Source: Octopus vulgaris (lineage: Eukaryota). From it: a DNA stretch of 64,000 nucleotides. Of this stretch, positions 15,231 to 28,811 are shown one piece after another. The notes beneath the pieces are model-generated. The model did no database searches. It had not been told where the DNA came from and saw only the letters and a program-made list of their open reading frames with translations. Each line of letters starts with the position of its first letter. Position 1 is the stretch's first letter. The DNA lies in contig OX597833.1 of the NCBI GenBank assembly GCA_951406725.2, positions 70,432,001 to 70,496,000 on the forward strand, given 5' to 3'. The translations under genes and the position numbers were made by a program.

Positions 15231-15637
15231 TATCCCGAACATACACAAACGAGCGGTTGAAAAAAAGATGCTAAATGGCTTTGGCCAGAAAAATGCCAGA
15301 AGGCATTTGAGGAACTAAAAAGGATGTTAATTTCAGACTTGTCGTTTACACACTTCGATCCGAAGTTGGAAACGATACAGGCAACAGATGCTAGTGAGTA
15401 CGGGGTAGGTGCCGTACTCCTGCACAAATGTGAAGATGGCAACCAAACGGCTATAGCCCACGCATCAAGGAAAAATATTGCCTACGGAAAGAAATTATAA
15501 CCAAGTTGAAAAAGGGGTCCGTTGCTAACGATTTATGGACCCAAGAAAGGAATTTCAGGATATACAGCTAATAGCTTGCAGCGATGGGGTACCGTTCTAC
15601 TAAGCTACAATGTATGTATGTATGCCTGTATGTATGT

Positions 15638-15953
15638 AGTCATCTTCGTAGTCGTAAAACGAGACAGATGAGTGACAACCTGGCCACTGGTGGTGGTGTA
15701 ACACACCATACTAATCATATCTGTCGGGCATGTGGAAGAGAGTGTAATTCGGCAGGAGGACTTATGCGACATGCAAAGGTACATGAAGCCCAGTTACAAC
15801 CACAGCCGGCTATTACCAGTAAAGGTTTGAGTTGCCAATTTTGTACAAGACATTGTAGATCTTTAGCTGGGCTAAAAAGCCACATTCGATCACAGCACCA
15901 GTAACAGTTTAGCTTCGTGCAATGGCCATACTCGATAACGAGGGGGCAGCCAT
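15638..15953 (+). mobile_element. 3' end of an RTE-like LINE with C2H2 zinc fingers
   Basis: CRACGRECNSAGGLMRHAKVH and CQFCTRHCRSLAGLKSHIRSQH, stop, then a ctcg-ataa-cgag hairpin tail; near-identical to 31225-31637; identical 30-mers at 15609-15638 and 15954-15983 (candidate TSD, within a microsatellite). Confidence 0.75.
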
Positions 15954-16699
15954 AATGTATGTATGTATGCCTGTATGTATGTATGTATGGTACGTATATA
16001 TTTATGTATGTATGCCTGTATGTATGTATGTATGTATGTATGTATGTATGCATGCATGCATGCATGCATGTATGCATGTATGCATGCATGTATGTATGCA
16101 TGTATGTATGTATGCATGTATGTATGTATGTATGCCTGTATGTATGTATGCATGTATGTATGTATGTATGTATACACCCTTAACATTGTTAAGTCTGTAT
16201 CTTGGGCTTCAATAAATAATTTTGAAGCCAAAATAAGAAACTGTAAGGAAAGAATTCTTGAAAATCTTGCGTGTCTTAGATATGGAAGGAATGGCAATGC
16301 TGTAATTCGAATAAAATGTATCAGATTTGGGCGTATTTGTGTTGACAGGTTTATTAGAAATGGCAGAAGAGCGTCCGTGTGGCCACGGGTTTGAGTTCTT
16401 ACTGTGTTGTGGTCTTTTGGATTTCATATGTTTTTTTGTTCTTTTCTTTTCTTTTTTTTTTTTCGTTTTCAGGTGTCTTTAAGGAACCTCTTCAGCATGA
16501 AATTCAAAAGTTGGTTTGAACATACTTAATGAAGTGAACAAGGAAATTATGACTAATTCAAATTGTATCCGTCTTGTGAAGAAGAAAACGAACAGGTTAT
16601 TTTAATTATTAACTCTAATCAGGAAAATAAGAGACAACTCGAGAATTTCAGTTAGTGTGTGTGTATACACACACACACTATATATCTGTGTGTATTATG

Positions 16700-16780
<81 letters not shown>

Positions 16781-17269
16781 TATGTGTGTTATATATGTAT
16801 GTACATACATATATATATATATATATGTGTGTGTTATATATGTATGTATATACATACATATATACATATATACATACATATATAATACATATATATATAC
16901 ATACACATACATGATACACACATATGTACACGACGGGCTTCCACACAGTTTCCGTCTACCAAATTCACTCTCAAGTTTTTGATTGGCCCAGGGCTATCGT
17001 AGAAGACAGTTAGCCAGGTTGCTGCGCAGCGGGATTGAACCCAAAGTCACATGATTGCAAAGTGAGTTTGTTTGAAAAGCAGAGCGATGTGTGCGCTTAT
17101 ATTATGATGAGAGTCTCCGGAGAGAATCGGGATTGGAAAAAAGAGACATCTGGTGGCTGGAAGAGCATCGTTGGGGGGTCAGGTATCAGTTGAGGCAAGC
17201 GATACCTAGGAAGCTGAACAATGTGAAAAACTGTTCCCACGAGAATCAACTGTTCGGGTGGAGGAATGG

Positions 17270-17742
17270 AGGGAGGAATGGTGGGGGTAGAAATGGTGGC
17301 GGCGGCAGCGGCGGCGGTGGTGGTGGTGGTGGTGGTGGTGGTGGTGGTGGCGGCGGCAGTGGTTATGGTGGTGGTGGTGGTTATGGTTGTGGTAGTGGTT
17401 GTGGTGGTGGTGGTGGTGGTTATGGTTGTGGTAGTGGTGGTGGTGGTGGTGGTGGCGATGGCGGATGCAGTGGCGGTGGTTGTGGTGGTAGTGGTAGAGG
17501 TAGCAGCGGTGGTGGTGGTGGTAATGGCGGTGGTGGTGGTGGTTATGGTTGTGGTAGTGGTTATGGTGGTGGTGGTGGTGGTGGTGGCGGCGGTTGAGGT
17601 AGCAGCGGTGGTGGTGGTAATGGCGGCGGCGGTGGTGCTGGTGCTGGTGCTGGTAATGGCGGCGGTGGTGGTGGTGGTTATGGTTGTGGTTGTGGTGGTG
17701 GTGGTTGTGGTGGTGGTGGTTGTGGCGGCGGCGGTGGTGTTG
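17270..17742. repeat. Compound (GGT/GGC)n trinucleotide repeat
   Basis: Direct reading; recurring ggttatggttgtggtagt sub-unit. Confidence 0.9.
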
Positions 17743-17954
17743 TCTGTGCCTTTGGATAACAAACAACTGGCTACAACTTGAAATGGAATATGAAACAGAA
17801 GAGTGTTTTCATTAAATAACATTTTTGTGGTTGTTGTTGTCGTTTCCCTGCAGCTGTTAGTAATGGTGATTGTGGCGCTGATTATGATGGCGAAGCGGCA
17901 GCGGCGGCGCTGATAATGTTGGTGGTATTTGTGACGTGTGTGTGAATGCATGTG

Positions 17955-18002
<48 letters not shown>

Positions 18003-18474
18003 CGAAATGGGACAAGAACGCAAAACAACCAGAAGACGATACAAAAACACGGACGGGTCATTCGAAGCCGTTAATGTTCAGTCAAGAAACGGATCATCCT
18101 CGCAATTTCGGCATACACACACACACACACAGTATATGGATTCATCTAAGCCGGTGGTAATCACAAAAAAGAAACTCCCTTAATGGACGTGGTTACAAAC
18201 CACGGAGTAAGCTAATACATTGAAGAGTAATGTAGTGTCCTGTGCAATAAAATCGCAGTAAATCCAAGCAGTGGATATTATTTCATGAGGAGGAGTATAT
18301 AGAATAAACGCGATGCTCCAGCATGGCCATGGTCAAATGACTGAAACAAGTAAAATGATAAAAGAATATATATGTGTGTATGTATGTATGCATATATAAA
18401 TATATATATATATTAGGTTTGGAGATGATGTACAGGTATATTATATTAGAAGAAATGAGCTACTCAAAAATCCG

Positions 18475-18651
18475 GATGGTTTTATATGTACAGATATTTA
18501 TTTGTATATTACATGTTTTTATACATCATATATCATATATTAGCGCTTTCGTCCATTCTAGTGGAGTTTTCAATTTGAAGCGCTAATATATGATATATGA
18601 TGTATAAAAACATGTAATATACAAATAAATATCTGTACATATAAAACCATC
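18475..18651. repeat. Perfect 74-bp inverted repeat with a 29-nt spacer
   Basis: 18475-18548 is the exact reverse complement of 18578-18651. Confidence 0.95.
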
Positions 18652-18721
18652 TGAATTTCTAAATATATATATATATATATGTACATCGATAAAGATTATT
18701 TATGGATTATGGCTACAGTTG

Positions 18722-18888
18722 GTTTCATGTTTAGAGAAATTAGGTAATAGTTTTCAAGCCTTTCAACATGGAACATCGGGGTCCTTCTCCATCTTGGATA
18801 AAAGCGCGAAAATCCAAGATGGAGGCGAACACCGACGCCTCGTGTGGAAGGCTTGATAACTATTAAGGGACTTCTCTTAACATGAAAC
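18722..18888. repeat. Imperfect palindromic element
   Basis: gtttcatgtttagagaa / ttctcttaacatgaaac ends, with a central ctccatcttggat...atccaagatggag hairpin. Confidence 0.7.
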
Positions 18889-19354
18889 ATATTTAGACAA
18901 ACGGTGAGCTGGCGAAATATAGAGAAAAAATATTCAATAACGAACGGTTGTCCATAAATAATTTACGCAGATTTATAAATAGATTTAATAAATATATATA
19001 TGTGTGCGTATGGCTGTGAGTGTATGTGTATATGTGCACGCTCGTGTGTGTAGAGTGTTTATGTAAGTGGATGCAGCTGTGTCTGTAAATACATGAACGT
19101 ACGTGACTGGCTGTCGCATCCGCCATCTATAATAAACATGACGTGACACTATCTACACGCCGTTGATAATTATTTGTTGATATATATACAGTCAATTATA
19201 TATGCTTGACAACAGTTAAATATTTCTACTCGCTCCCATTAAATATACTCAACAATATAGATAATCATTTCTGAATTGAACAACAAAGAATAATGGTGGG
19301 GGTGGTTTATATACAAACATAGATATGTGATATGTATGTATGTATGTATGTATG

Positions 19355-19419
<65 letters not shown>

Positions 19420-19493
19420 ATTGACGAATGCTAAACAGGTCGAAACTATTAATAGCGTTTCTAGTTTCTCATCGTATTATACACACAGACATA

Positions 19494-19528
<35 letters not shown>

Positions 19529-19839
19529 CTTGGAGTCTATTGGATCATAATGTAATCCTTCTAATGTCCTTTGTGCACCCTAAAGATTTTCCGCCCAGGG
19601 TATTTGAAATGCAAGCTTATATATTTATATATGTTTTGTAGTTTAAATTGGATGCAAAATGAAACAATTGTAGAAGATGTTAATTAATTAATAAATTAAT
19701 TTGTATCCATTGGATCTCTCCGTTTTCAAACTTAATAATATTTGATATTTTCTGATATTTTTTATAATATATTCATTGAAGAAATATCTCTTCAAAATAC
19801 AACATACTAAACCAGTGAAACTTGGATAAAAAAATAACT

Positions 19840-20320
19840 TCTGGAAGCTCCAATAGGAACATTTCAGAGTGTTTGGGCGTCAATCTGAGGAGAGTGCAGA
19901 AGATTTAGAAAGAGTTGGATGAGTCTAATGGTGATTACGAAGGTACGGCAGCTCTGAAAACTCACTGATTGTTCTGATAAGTAAAGAACCCCTGAATTTG
20001 TTAGTCATGATTGACAACGATCCCTCCAAGCCAATCAGGACCATCACCAGGGACCTTGGAGTGTCTGAGTTTCTTATCAATCAGGTAGTGCATGAAGACA
20101 TTCGGTATTCCTCATACAAGATGAGAAAGGGCCAATTGTTATCCCAAGCCATCAAGGACAAGGGGGAAAGACCATGCTATGAAGCTTTTGAACAAATTCA
20201 AACATCCCCTCCAACTGAACATTCTTTGGTTTGTCGCAGACGAGAAATATTTCTGCCAGGATCAGATGGTGAACACACAAAACAACTGTTGGCTTGCCGT
20301 GTCCCCGAAACATGTACCGG
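19840..20320 (+). mobile_element. Tc1/mariner-superfamily transposase relic (HTH region)
   Basis: MIDNDPSKPIRTITRDLGVSEFLINQVVHEDIRYSSYKMRKGQLLS; frameshifted. Confidence 0.7.
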
Positions 20321-21314
20321 TGTTACATTTTTTTCCTGGCTTCTTTAAATAAACATCAAGTATGAATGTTCAAATTCTTCATTCTCCTTATTATCAATAT
20401 TATACTTTACACTCAAAGTAGCCAGGAAAAAACAGTAACATCGGATGTATACGTTATACATACGGACTTATAGTTTATATGTACACTTCTGTATGTACAT
20501 GTATATACTTATGTATGTATCCATTTATCTATCTATGTATATATGTTAAAGCACGCACAGAGCCCATTGTCGTTTGTTATTCCATTCTATTTGGAATTTA
20601 TTATTTATATTGGTGAGTAAATATAATGGGAAACAAGTAAAAACTTTTGTACAACTGCTAAGTATGTAATTAACTGTAGACATTAACAAACAGTTGTCAA
20701 TGGCTGGAGTACACAATGGCCCAATGGTTAGGAGGCGCAATGGCCCAATGGTTAGGGCAGCGGACTCGCGGTCGTAGGATCGCGGTTTCGATTCCCAGAT
20801 CGGGCGTTGTGTGTGTTTATTGAGCGAAAACACCTAAAAAGTTCCACGAGGCTCCGGCAGGGGGGGTGATCCCTGCTGTACTCCTTCACCACTCTTTCTC
20901 TCACTCTTTCTTCTGTTGGCCTGCTCGCTTAGCCAGCGGTGGCGTTTATCGAAGGCTAAAACAATGCGAAGCGCATTGTGACCAGCGATGTGTAGCAACA
21001 TCTGATGGTCTGGTCGGTCACGTGATCACGTGATATATATATGAATTTATGTATGTATGTATGCATTAATCGAAGTGTACAGTATTATATGTCCATTACG
21101 GCGGGTCTTACCAATTGGTTTGCCATGTATGGCAACTAAAAGACGACGGAGTTCCACACTCGATCTCATGGAAAATAATCGAAAACCCGGGCCCCTACTT
21201 CAGTGGATCGAAACTCTGCTAGCTATGCATGGCCGAACGCACGAGAATCCTAAAAGACTCGCTGGTGCCAGGGACCATACTTAACTCCAGAATGGAGATT
21301 TTGAGACCATGGAA

Positions 21315-22904
21315 ATATATATATATATATACACACACACATATATCTATATACATGCATATATATATATATATACACACATACATATATACATGCATAT
21401 ATATATATATACACAAATACATATATACATGCATATATATATATATACACACATACATATATACATGCATATATATATATATATACACACATACATATAT
21501 ACATGCATATATATATATATATACACACATACATATATACATGCATATATATATATATACACACATACATATATACATGCATATATATATATATACACAC
21601 ATACATATATACATGCATATATATATATATACACACATACATATATACATGCATATATATATATATACACACATACATATATACATGCATGTATATATAT
21701 ATACACACATACATATATACATGCATGTATATATATATACACACATACATATATACATGCATGTATATATATATACACACATACATATATACATGCATAT
21801 ATATATATATACACACATACATATATACATGCATATATATATATACACACATACATATATACATGCATATATATATATACACATACATATATACATGCAT
21901 ATATATATATATATATACACATACATATATACATGCATATATATATATATACATACACATACATATATACATGCATATATATATATATATATATATACAC
22001 ATACATATATACATGCATATATATATATATATACACATACATATATACATGCATATATATATATATATACACACATACATATATACATGCATATATATAT
22101 ATATACACATACATATATACATGCATATATATATATACACATACATATATACATGCATATATATATACATGCATATATATATATATACACATACATATAT
22201 ACATGCATATATATATATACACATACATATATACATGCATATATATATACATACATATATACATGCATATATATATATATACACATACATATATACATGT
22301 ATATATATATATACACATACATATATACATGCATATATATATATATACACATACATATATGCATGCATATATATATATACACATACATATATACAAGCAT
22401 ATATATATACACATACATATATACATGCATATATATATACACATACATATATACATGCATATATATATACATGCATATATATATATACACATACATATAT
22501 ACATGCATATATATATATACACATACATATATACATGCATATATATATATACACATACATATATACATGCAAATATATATATATACACATACATATATAC
22601 ATGTATATATATATACACATACATATATACATGCATATATATATATACACATACATATATGCATGCATATATATATATACACATACATATATACAAGCAT
22701 ATATATATACACATACATATATACATGCATATATATATACACATACATATATACATGCATATATATATACACATACATATATATATATATATACACATAC
22801 ATATATACATGCATATATATATACACATACATATATATATACACATACATATATACATGCATATATATATACACATACATATATACATGCATATATATAT
22901 ATGC

Positions 22905-22963
<59 letters not shown>

Positions 22964-22970
22964 CATGCAT
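21315..22970. repeat. ~1.65-kb minisatellite, ~30-bp unit ACACATACATATATACATGC(AT)n
   Basis: Regularly spaced CATGC anchors with variable AT run length; explains the six 489-586 aa pseudo-ORFs. Confidence 0.95.
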
Positions 22971-24919
22971 AGATGTGTGTGTATAATAAACTTGTGTTTA
23001 TTATATACATAAGATGGATTTGACAGTCTACTCAGTGATGCACGTTCAGTATTTACTTACACAGATAAGACAGTTCAACCGTAAACCTTGCCGATGACCC
23101 AGAAAATGCCAAAACAAGCATTAAATAGAAAAACAAATGGAAGAAGAAAGAAAGAAACAAGCAAACAAACAAACAAAAAAGATGAGGCCTAAATTTGTCG
23201 TATTCGTCGATTGGTGCTCAATAAAGACAACGTCTTCAGTTACTCTTCTCTTCAGGAGATGCAGCCATACAGGGAACCAAAAAAAAATCACAGCCATTCC
23301 CGCTTACGTCACACTTTCTGAGCCCGTGAAGCTATGGATGCGGCGTTATTTCATTGTCGTTAAATCTTTGATACCCCGCAACGACACAATAAGAGGTCCG
23401 CCATCTTTGGCTTCAAGAAATTTCAGCCATCACTAAAGCATGAAGGTTGTGATTGGTTAAGCAGCACTTCAAAAACAGGACACAACCACGTGAGGGAAAG
23501 TCGAAAACCGCGACTGTTCCCCACTTAAGCCGACACTTTCTGTGCATCTGAAACTACAAAAATAATGGTGTTGTATTGCTGTCGATGTATGGAATGTCCC
23601 AAACCTACAATAAAGCTATTGATCCTTATTTTGTGGTCTGTCGTTAACAGATGCAATTCTAACCCACTAGACACACGTTGTAGCAAGAACAGTGTACGCT
23701 TTTTGAGAATTTCTTTTTTCTTCTTTAAGAAAGAAAGAACAGACTCACTCTCTCGGTGTTCAGCGATCGGATAAAGTCAAGATAAATATATATATACAGG
23801 GTGGCTCAAAAGTAAGCTTAGAGTTATCATGTATGCACTTCAAATTTCTTTTAAAATATTTTATTTCATATAAATTTCTATCTTACAAACTGAAAAGGGA
23901 GCTTGACAAAATTAACTAAATTAGCAAATAATAATGGTTTCATATTATAATAATGCTTCCCAACCACATGTTTCAGTCCCAATGCGTGGCACCTTGGACA
24001 AGTACGCAACTGGTACTTAATTTATCGACCCCGAAAGTATGAAAGGCAAAGTCGACCTCGGCGGAATTTGAAGTCAGAATATAAAGGGCAGACGAAATAC
24101 CTATTTCTTTACTACCCACAAGGGGCTAAACACGGAGGAGACAAACAAGGACAGACAAACGGATTAAGTCGATTATATCGACACCAGTGCGTAACTAGTA
24201 CTTATTTTATCGACCCCGCAAGGATGAAAGGCAAAGTCGACCTCGGTGGAATTTGAACTCAGAACGTAATGACAGACGAAATACCGCTAAGCATTTCGCC
24301 CGGTGTGCTAACGATTCTGCCCAGCTCGCCGCCTTGAGAGAATGAAGGATATTAGCAATGGCTTCATGTATCTCCTGGACTCGGCAGTTCCCTCTAATAT
24401 GGTTTGTGTCCACATCCATTCGAGAGGTTTGGTTTGCTTCAGGATTTCTAGCCTAACATGATGGTATGTTGCTAACTGCACCCGATGACCCCATTGGTCT
24501 GCTGCCACTGGCTTTGTAGCTGTGGAGATGAAGGTTAGTTCACCCACGCCTTCATTTCAATGTTATGTAAACATGTCCCAAACCATACAAACATAGACAT
24601 ATCTAATGTGCATTCTTTATTCTACTCTATTGTTGGATGGCTGCAGATTTCCCCGAGTTCGTTTGCTCTTTTACATCCGGCACCGTATCCGTTATTACGC
24701 TCCTCACTATGCAAGTCTGATGGAGCCGCCAGTTTAGCCGCCCCGCTGACGATGCGACAGTGTTACTTGCAGCACCGGGTTACATGAAGCCTGTAGCATT
24801 CTCAAACCACTTGACCTATACACAGATGTGTGTGGATATGTGCGTGTGCACGGCCGCCTGCGTGAATGTGTACTATGCATATATATATATATATATATTG
24901 TGTGTGTATGTCTTGAAGT

Positions 24920-24970
24920 TTTGTCAGTGAACAGGTTGCGGTCTCAAAGCGACGAAAATATTTTGACAAA
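24920..24970 (+). ncRNA. Hammerhead-like motif, G3-C8 core variant
   Basis: tttgtca-GTGAACA-g-GTTGC ggtctcaaa GCGAC-GAAA-ATAT-TT-tgacaaa; 7-bp stem I, palindromic AATATT stem III, UUU triplet. Confidence 0.65.
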
Positions 24971-26599
24971 TTAAATTTATATGTTGAAGTGAATCGAACG
25001 GTTTTTGCGTGTTTCTTAAATGGCTTATAAACACCTTCCACGCTGCAATTGTTTTCGTTCCAGCACACGATCTCAGATCAGGTCACTTGCTATGCAAGTA
25101 CATCTCCGTAATATATATATATATGTGTATGTGTGCGTGCGTGCGAGTATGTGTATGCGAGTGTGTGTGTGTGTGTGTGTGTATGTGTGTGTGTGTATGT
25201 GTGTGTGTGTGCATGTACCTCTGTGAGTACAGATGGATATAGAATCGTGGCACTCCGTCGGTTACGACGACGAGCGTTCCAGTTGGTCCGATCAACGGAA
25301 CAGCTTGCTCGTGAAATCAACGTACAAGTGGCTGAACACTCCACAGACTTGTGTACCCTTAACGTAGTTCTCGGGGAGATTCAGCGTGACAGAGAGTGTG
25401 ACAAGGCTGGCCCTTTGAAATACAGGTACAACAGAAACAGGATGAAAGAGTGAGAGAAAGAGTACAGTAGGGATCACCACCATCCCCTGCCGGAGCCTTG
25501 TGGCTCTTTAGGTGTTTTCGCTCAATAGACACTAAAAACGCCCGGTCTGGGAATTGAAACCGCGAGTCTGCTACTCTAACCACTGAGCCATTGCGCCTCT
25601 ACAGTATAGAGTGGATAAATGATGTTTACATATGAAATACATGCGTATACATATGTATGTGTGGGGGAATATTTCCGGATCAGAAAAATGTGACACTCGA
25701 AGTTGTGACAATAAAATGTGTTTATGGGACAAGAGTTCACACCAGCATTTGATTGGATGCTAGACAGAATCTGGATTGGCTGTTGTTGAAACAAAAGCTT
25801 TTGACGGACACCATACATTTCCGCAGCTAAAAAAATTAAAAAACCATAACGACTGTCTTTTCATAAAAATGAAAACAAGTCGGAAGAAGTCTTCACATCA
25901 ATGAGAATAGCTTTTGAATGTCGTATCCTTTCAACAACATTTATTCTTTTCTGTTCTAGGCACAAGGCCCGAAATTTTGGGGAAAAGGGGGGGCAGTCGA
26001 TTAGATCGACCCCAGTACACAACTGGTACTTAATTTATCGACCCCGAAAGTATGAAAGGCAAAGTCGACTTCGGCAGAATTTGAACTCAGAACGTAAAGA
26101 CATACGAAATACCTATTTCTTTATTATCCACAATGGGCTAAACACAGAGGAGGCAAACAAGGACAGACAACGGGATTAAGTCGATTATATCGACCCCAGT
26201 GCGTAACTGGTACTTATTTAATCGACCCTGAAAGGATGAAAGGCAAAGTCGACCACGGCAGAATTTGAACTCAGAACGTAGCAGCAGACGAAATACCGCT
26301 AAGCATTTCGCCCGGCGTGCTAACGTTTCTGCCAGCTCGCCGCCTTTCAAAAACATTTATTAACCATTAAACAGTCGAAATTCATCCACGGTTTAATTCA
26401 TCGCATGGGTAAGATAAAACCAAGGGACTCCAGGGCTCAAATGGTATTTATTTTACCGACTCTGAAAGGAATAAAGTCGAAGTTGGCCTCGGTGGAGATT
26501 CAACTCAAAACGTACTTTTAAGAAATGTTGCTGAGCCTTTTTGCCCGGTGTTGTAACCATTCTGCCTGCTCACAGCCCTAACTGATAGAAATATTTCCT

Positions 26600-27235
26600 G
26601 ACAGTGGTCGAGTGTGGATCTGGAGACTCTGTGATCAAGAATTTGATGTGAAAAGATTGCAACTATCAAAGAAACACGGCGGCTATTCTGTGATGGTCTG
26701 GGGATTAATTTGGAGCAATGATCGATCAGAGCCGGTGGAGTTTGAGGGAAACATAAACTCAGATAAATGTGTGCCCATATTACAGAAAGGACTCCTTCCA
26801 ATCTTCTCCGGTGGTGAATTGATTGAAGAAGACTCTTTATTTATGGAAGATGGGGTTCCTTATCACACAGCTGAAATGACCCGAGATTTCTTGAACGAGA
26901 AATGGCATTAAAAAGCTTCCATGGCCAAGCGAGTCACCAGATATGAACCCTATTGAACACCTCTGAGGCATAATGGACAGACACTTCGTAAGAAAGCATC
27001 CTCAAAGTCAGATCTTCTGAGATTAATGCATGAAACTTGGCAGGAAATTGCCCAAGAGATTATACGTCATCTGATCAGTAAGATGCCAGATAGGGCCCTT
27101 GCATCGAAAAATGCAAAGGGTTATGTCTACTAAATATTAAATATTCACAGAATAACCCTTAATAAATAATTGCAATGTATAATTTCAGATTTAAATGAAT
27201 TTTAAAAATTATAAGGGTGTATTTACTTCTGTCGT
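26600..27235 (+). mobile_element. Tc1-like DDE transposase relic
   Basis: GGYSVMVWG...EGNINS...FMEDGVPYHTA...LPWPSESPDMNPIEHL; stops and frameshifts. Confidence 0.85.
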
Positions 27236-27586
27236 GTCTGTGTGTGTGTATATATATATATAGAGAGAGAGAGGGGGACACACACACACACACACACACA
27301 TACACGTGTAGGCATACACGCATATGTATACATACATAAAGCATGACACATATTCTCACATTCCTTGACATGCATGCGTAAATACGTACACATACATACA
27401 TGCATACATACATACATACACACAAACATATACACACACATACATACATACACACACACGCACATACATATACACAAGCATATATGCACACATACACATA
27501 CCTGCATGCATTACATACATACACACAAATATCTATACATACATACTAACATATCTATACATACATACATACATATCTATACATAC

Positions 27587-27659
<73 letters not shown>

Positions 27660-28028
27660 CCAAGTATGCTTAATTTACACTTCGCCATCAGCACTGACCA
27701 ATTAATTACATTCTATTTTAATTAATGGGTGTAACATACTTATTCGCTAATTACTGCAGTACATGGTTGATGCCAGCTGTTAATGGCTGACTGGATAATA
27801 CAACGTATGACGGTTTATAATCTGCGGGGTCTGGGTTTCGAGTACGTTTCAAACTCCTCCATTATTATATAAATTCAAAACCGTTCATAATGGATATTGA
27901 TAGGGGGAGAGGGATAAAATATATATGTATGAGTTTAATACATACACACACACAAGCTGGATTTTACAAGCGTTGGGAGAAAAGGGGCTGAATGTGTAAA
28001 ACAGAGAATATACATCATACACACACAC

Positions 28029-28090
<62 letters not shown>

Positions 28091-28243
28091 GGCGCAGGAG
28101 TGGCTGTGTGGTAAGTAGCTTGCTTACCAATCACATGGTTCCGGGTTCAGTCCCACTGCATGGCATCTTGGGCAAGTGTCTTCTGCTATAGCCCCGGGCC
28201 GACCAATGCCTTGTGAGTGGATTTGGTAGACGGAAACTGAAAG

Positions 28244-28313
<70 letters not shown>

Positions 28314-28594
28314 CTGTGTTTGTCCCCCTAGCATTGTTTGACAACCGATGCTGGTGTGTTTACGTCCCCGTCACTTAGCGGTTCGGCAAAAGAGAGCGAT
28401 AGAATAAGTACTTGGGCTTACAAAGAATAAGTCCCGGGGTCGATTTGCTCGACTAAAGGCGGTGCTCCAGCATGGCCGCAGTCAAATGACTGAAACAAGT
28501 AAAAGAGAAAAGAGAAAGAGAGATATTGCTATTGATAATACTCTGTAACCTACATTCATATCTTTATCCTCGAAATTGCTTTTACATATATATA

Positions 28595-28790
28595 TGATAG
28601 ATCGTTAGCTCCTACACGCATTTTTTTTCTCTCTTTGTTTTCTTTTCTGTGTATCTTTCTGTTGAAGAGCGTAGGCCCGAAACGTAAAAGACTTGTTCTA
28701 TTTCTATTCCTGAGCGCCATACTAATACATTTGTTTGTTTGTATTCCACCTGCCTTCGTCTTTTGTTTGTTTTCGTAAACCTTCCCGTTA
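28595..28790 (+). mobile_element. Short (TA)n-flanked element with an extra-A hammerhead-like core; related copies at 5285-5470(-), 11895-12080(-), 38005-38220(+), 59643-59840(-), 59869-60062(-), 62320-62500(-)
   Basis: Shared CTGnnGA-A-GAGC-loop-GCTC-GAAACGT(T)A followed by gagcg.catactaataca...ccacctgc in the closest copies. Confidence 0.75.
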
Positions 28791-28811
28791 TATATATATA
28801 TATATATATTA

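Larger units (their letters stand above)
14215..15610 (+). mobile_element. Gypsy/Ty3 LTR retrotransposon pol relic (RT-RNase H), interrupted by two Helitrons
   Basis: LYKFKRLPFEVKVAPGMFQQVMD...AYLDDIL...HLGQIID...FLDFVNYY...CQKAFEELK...THFDPKL...ATDASEYGVGAVLLH...IAHASR...NYNQVEK...TANSLQRWGTVLLSY. Confidence 0.92.

Noticed and set aside
15584-15904. C2H2 ORFs as host zinc-finger genes (also 31265-31588)
   Set aside because: No TGEKP linkers, 5'-truncated and 3'-coterminal copies, LINE-type tail hairpin.
17091-18050. Gly-rich, poly-Thr, poly-His and poly-Val ORFs
   Set aside because: All derive from one (GGT)n repeat open in multiple frames; no signal peptide or splice support. A Gly/Tyr/Cys-rich structural protein is not strictly excluded.
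21219-23012. Six 489-586 aa ORFs, and all other YI/HT/CV-rich ORFs in the track
   Set aside because: Open in several frames on both strands only because AT/AC repeats lack stop codons.
24335-24420. EIHEAIANILH resembling a metallopeptidase motif
   Set aside because: Short, no splice or domain context, runs into a SINE.
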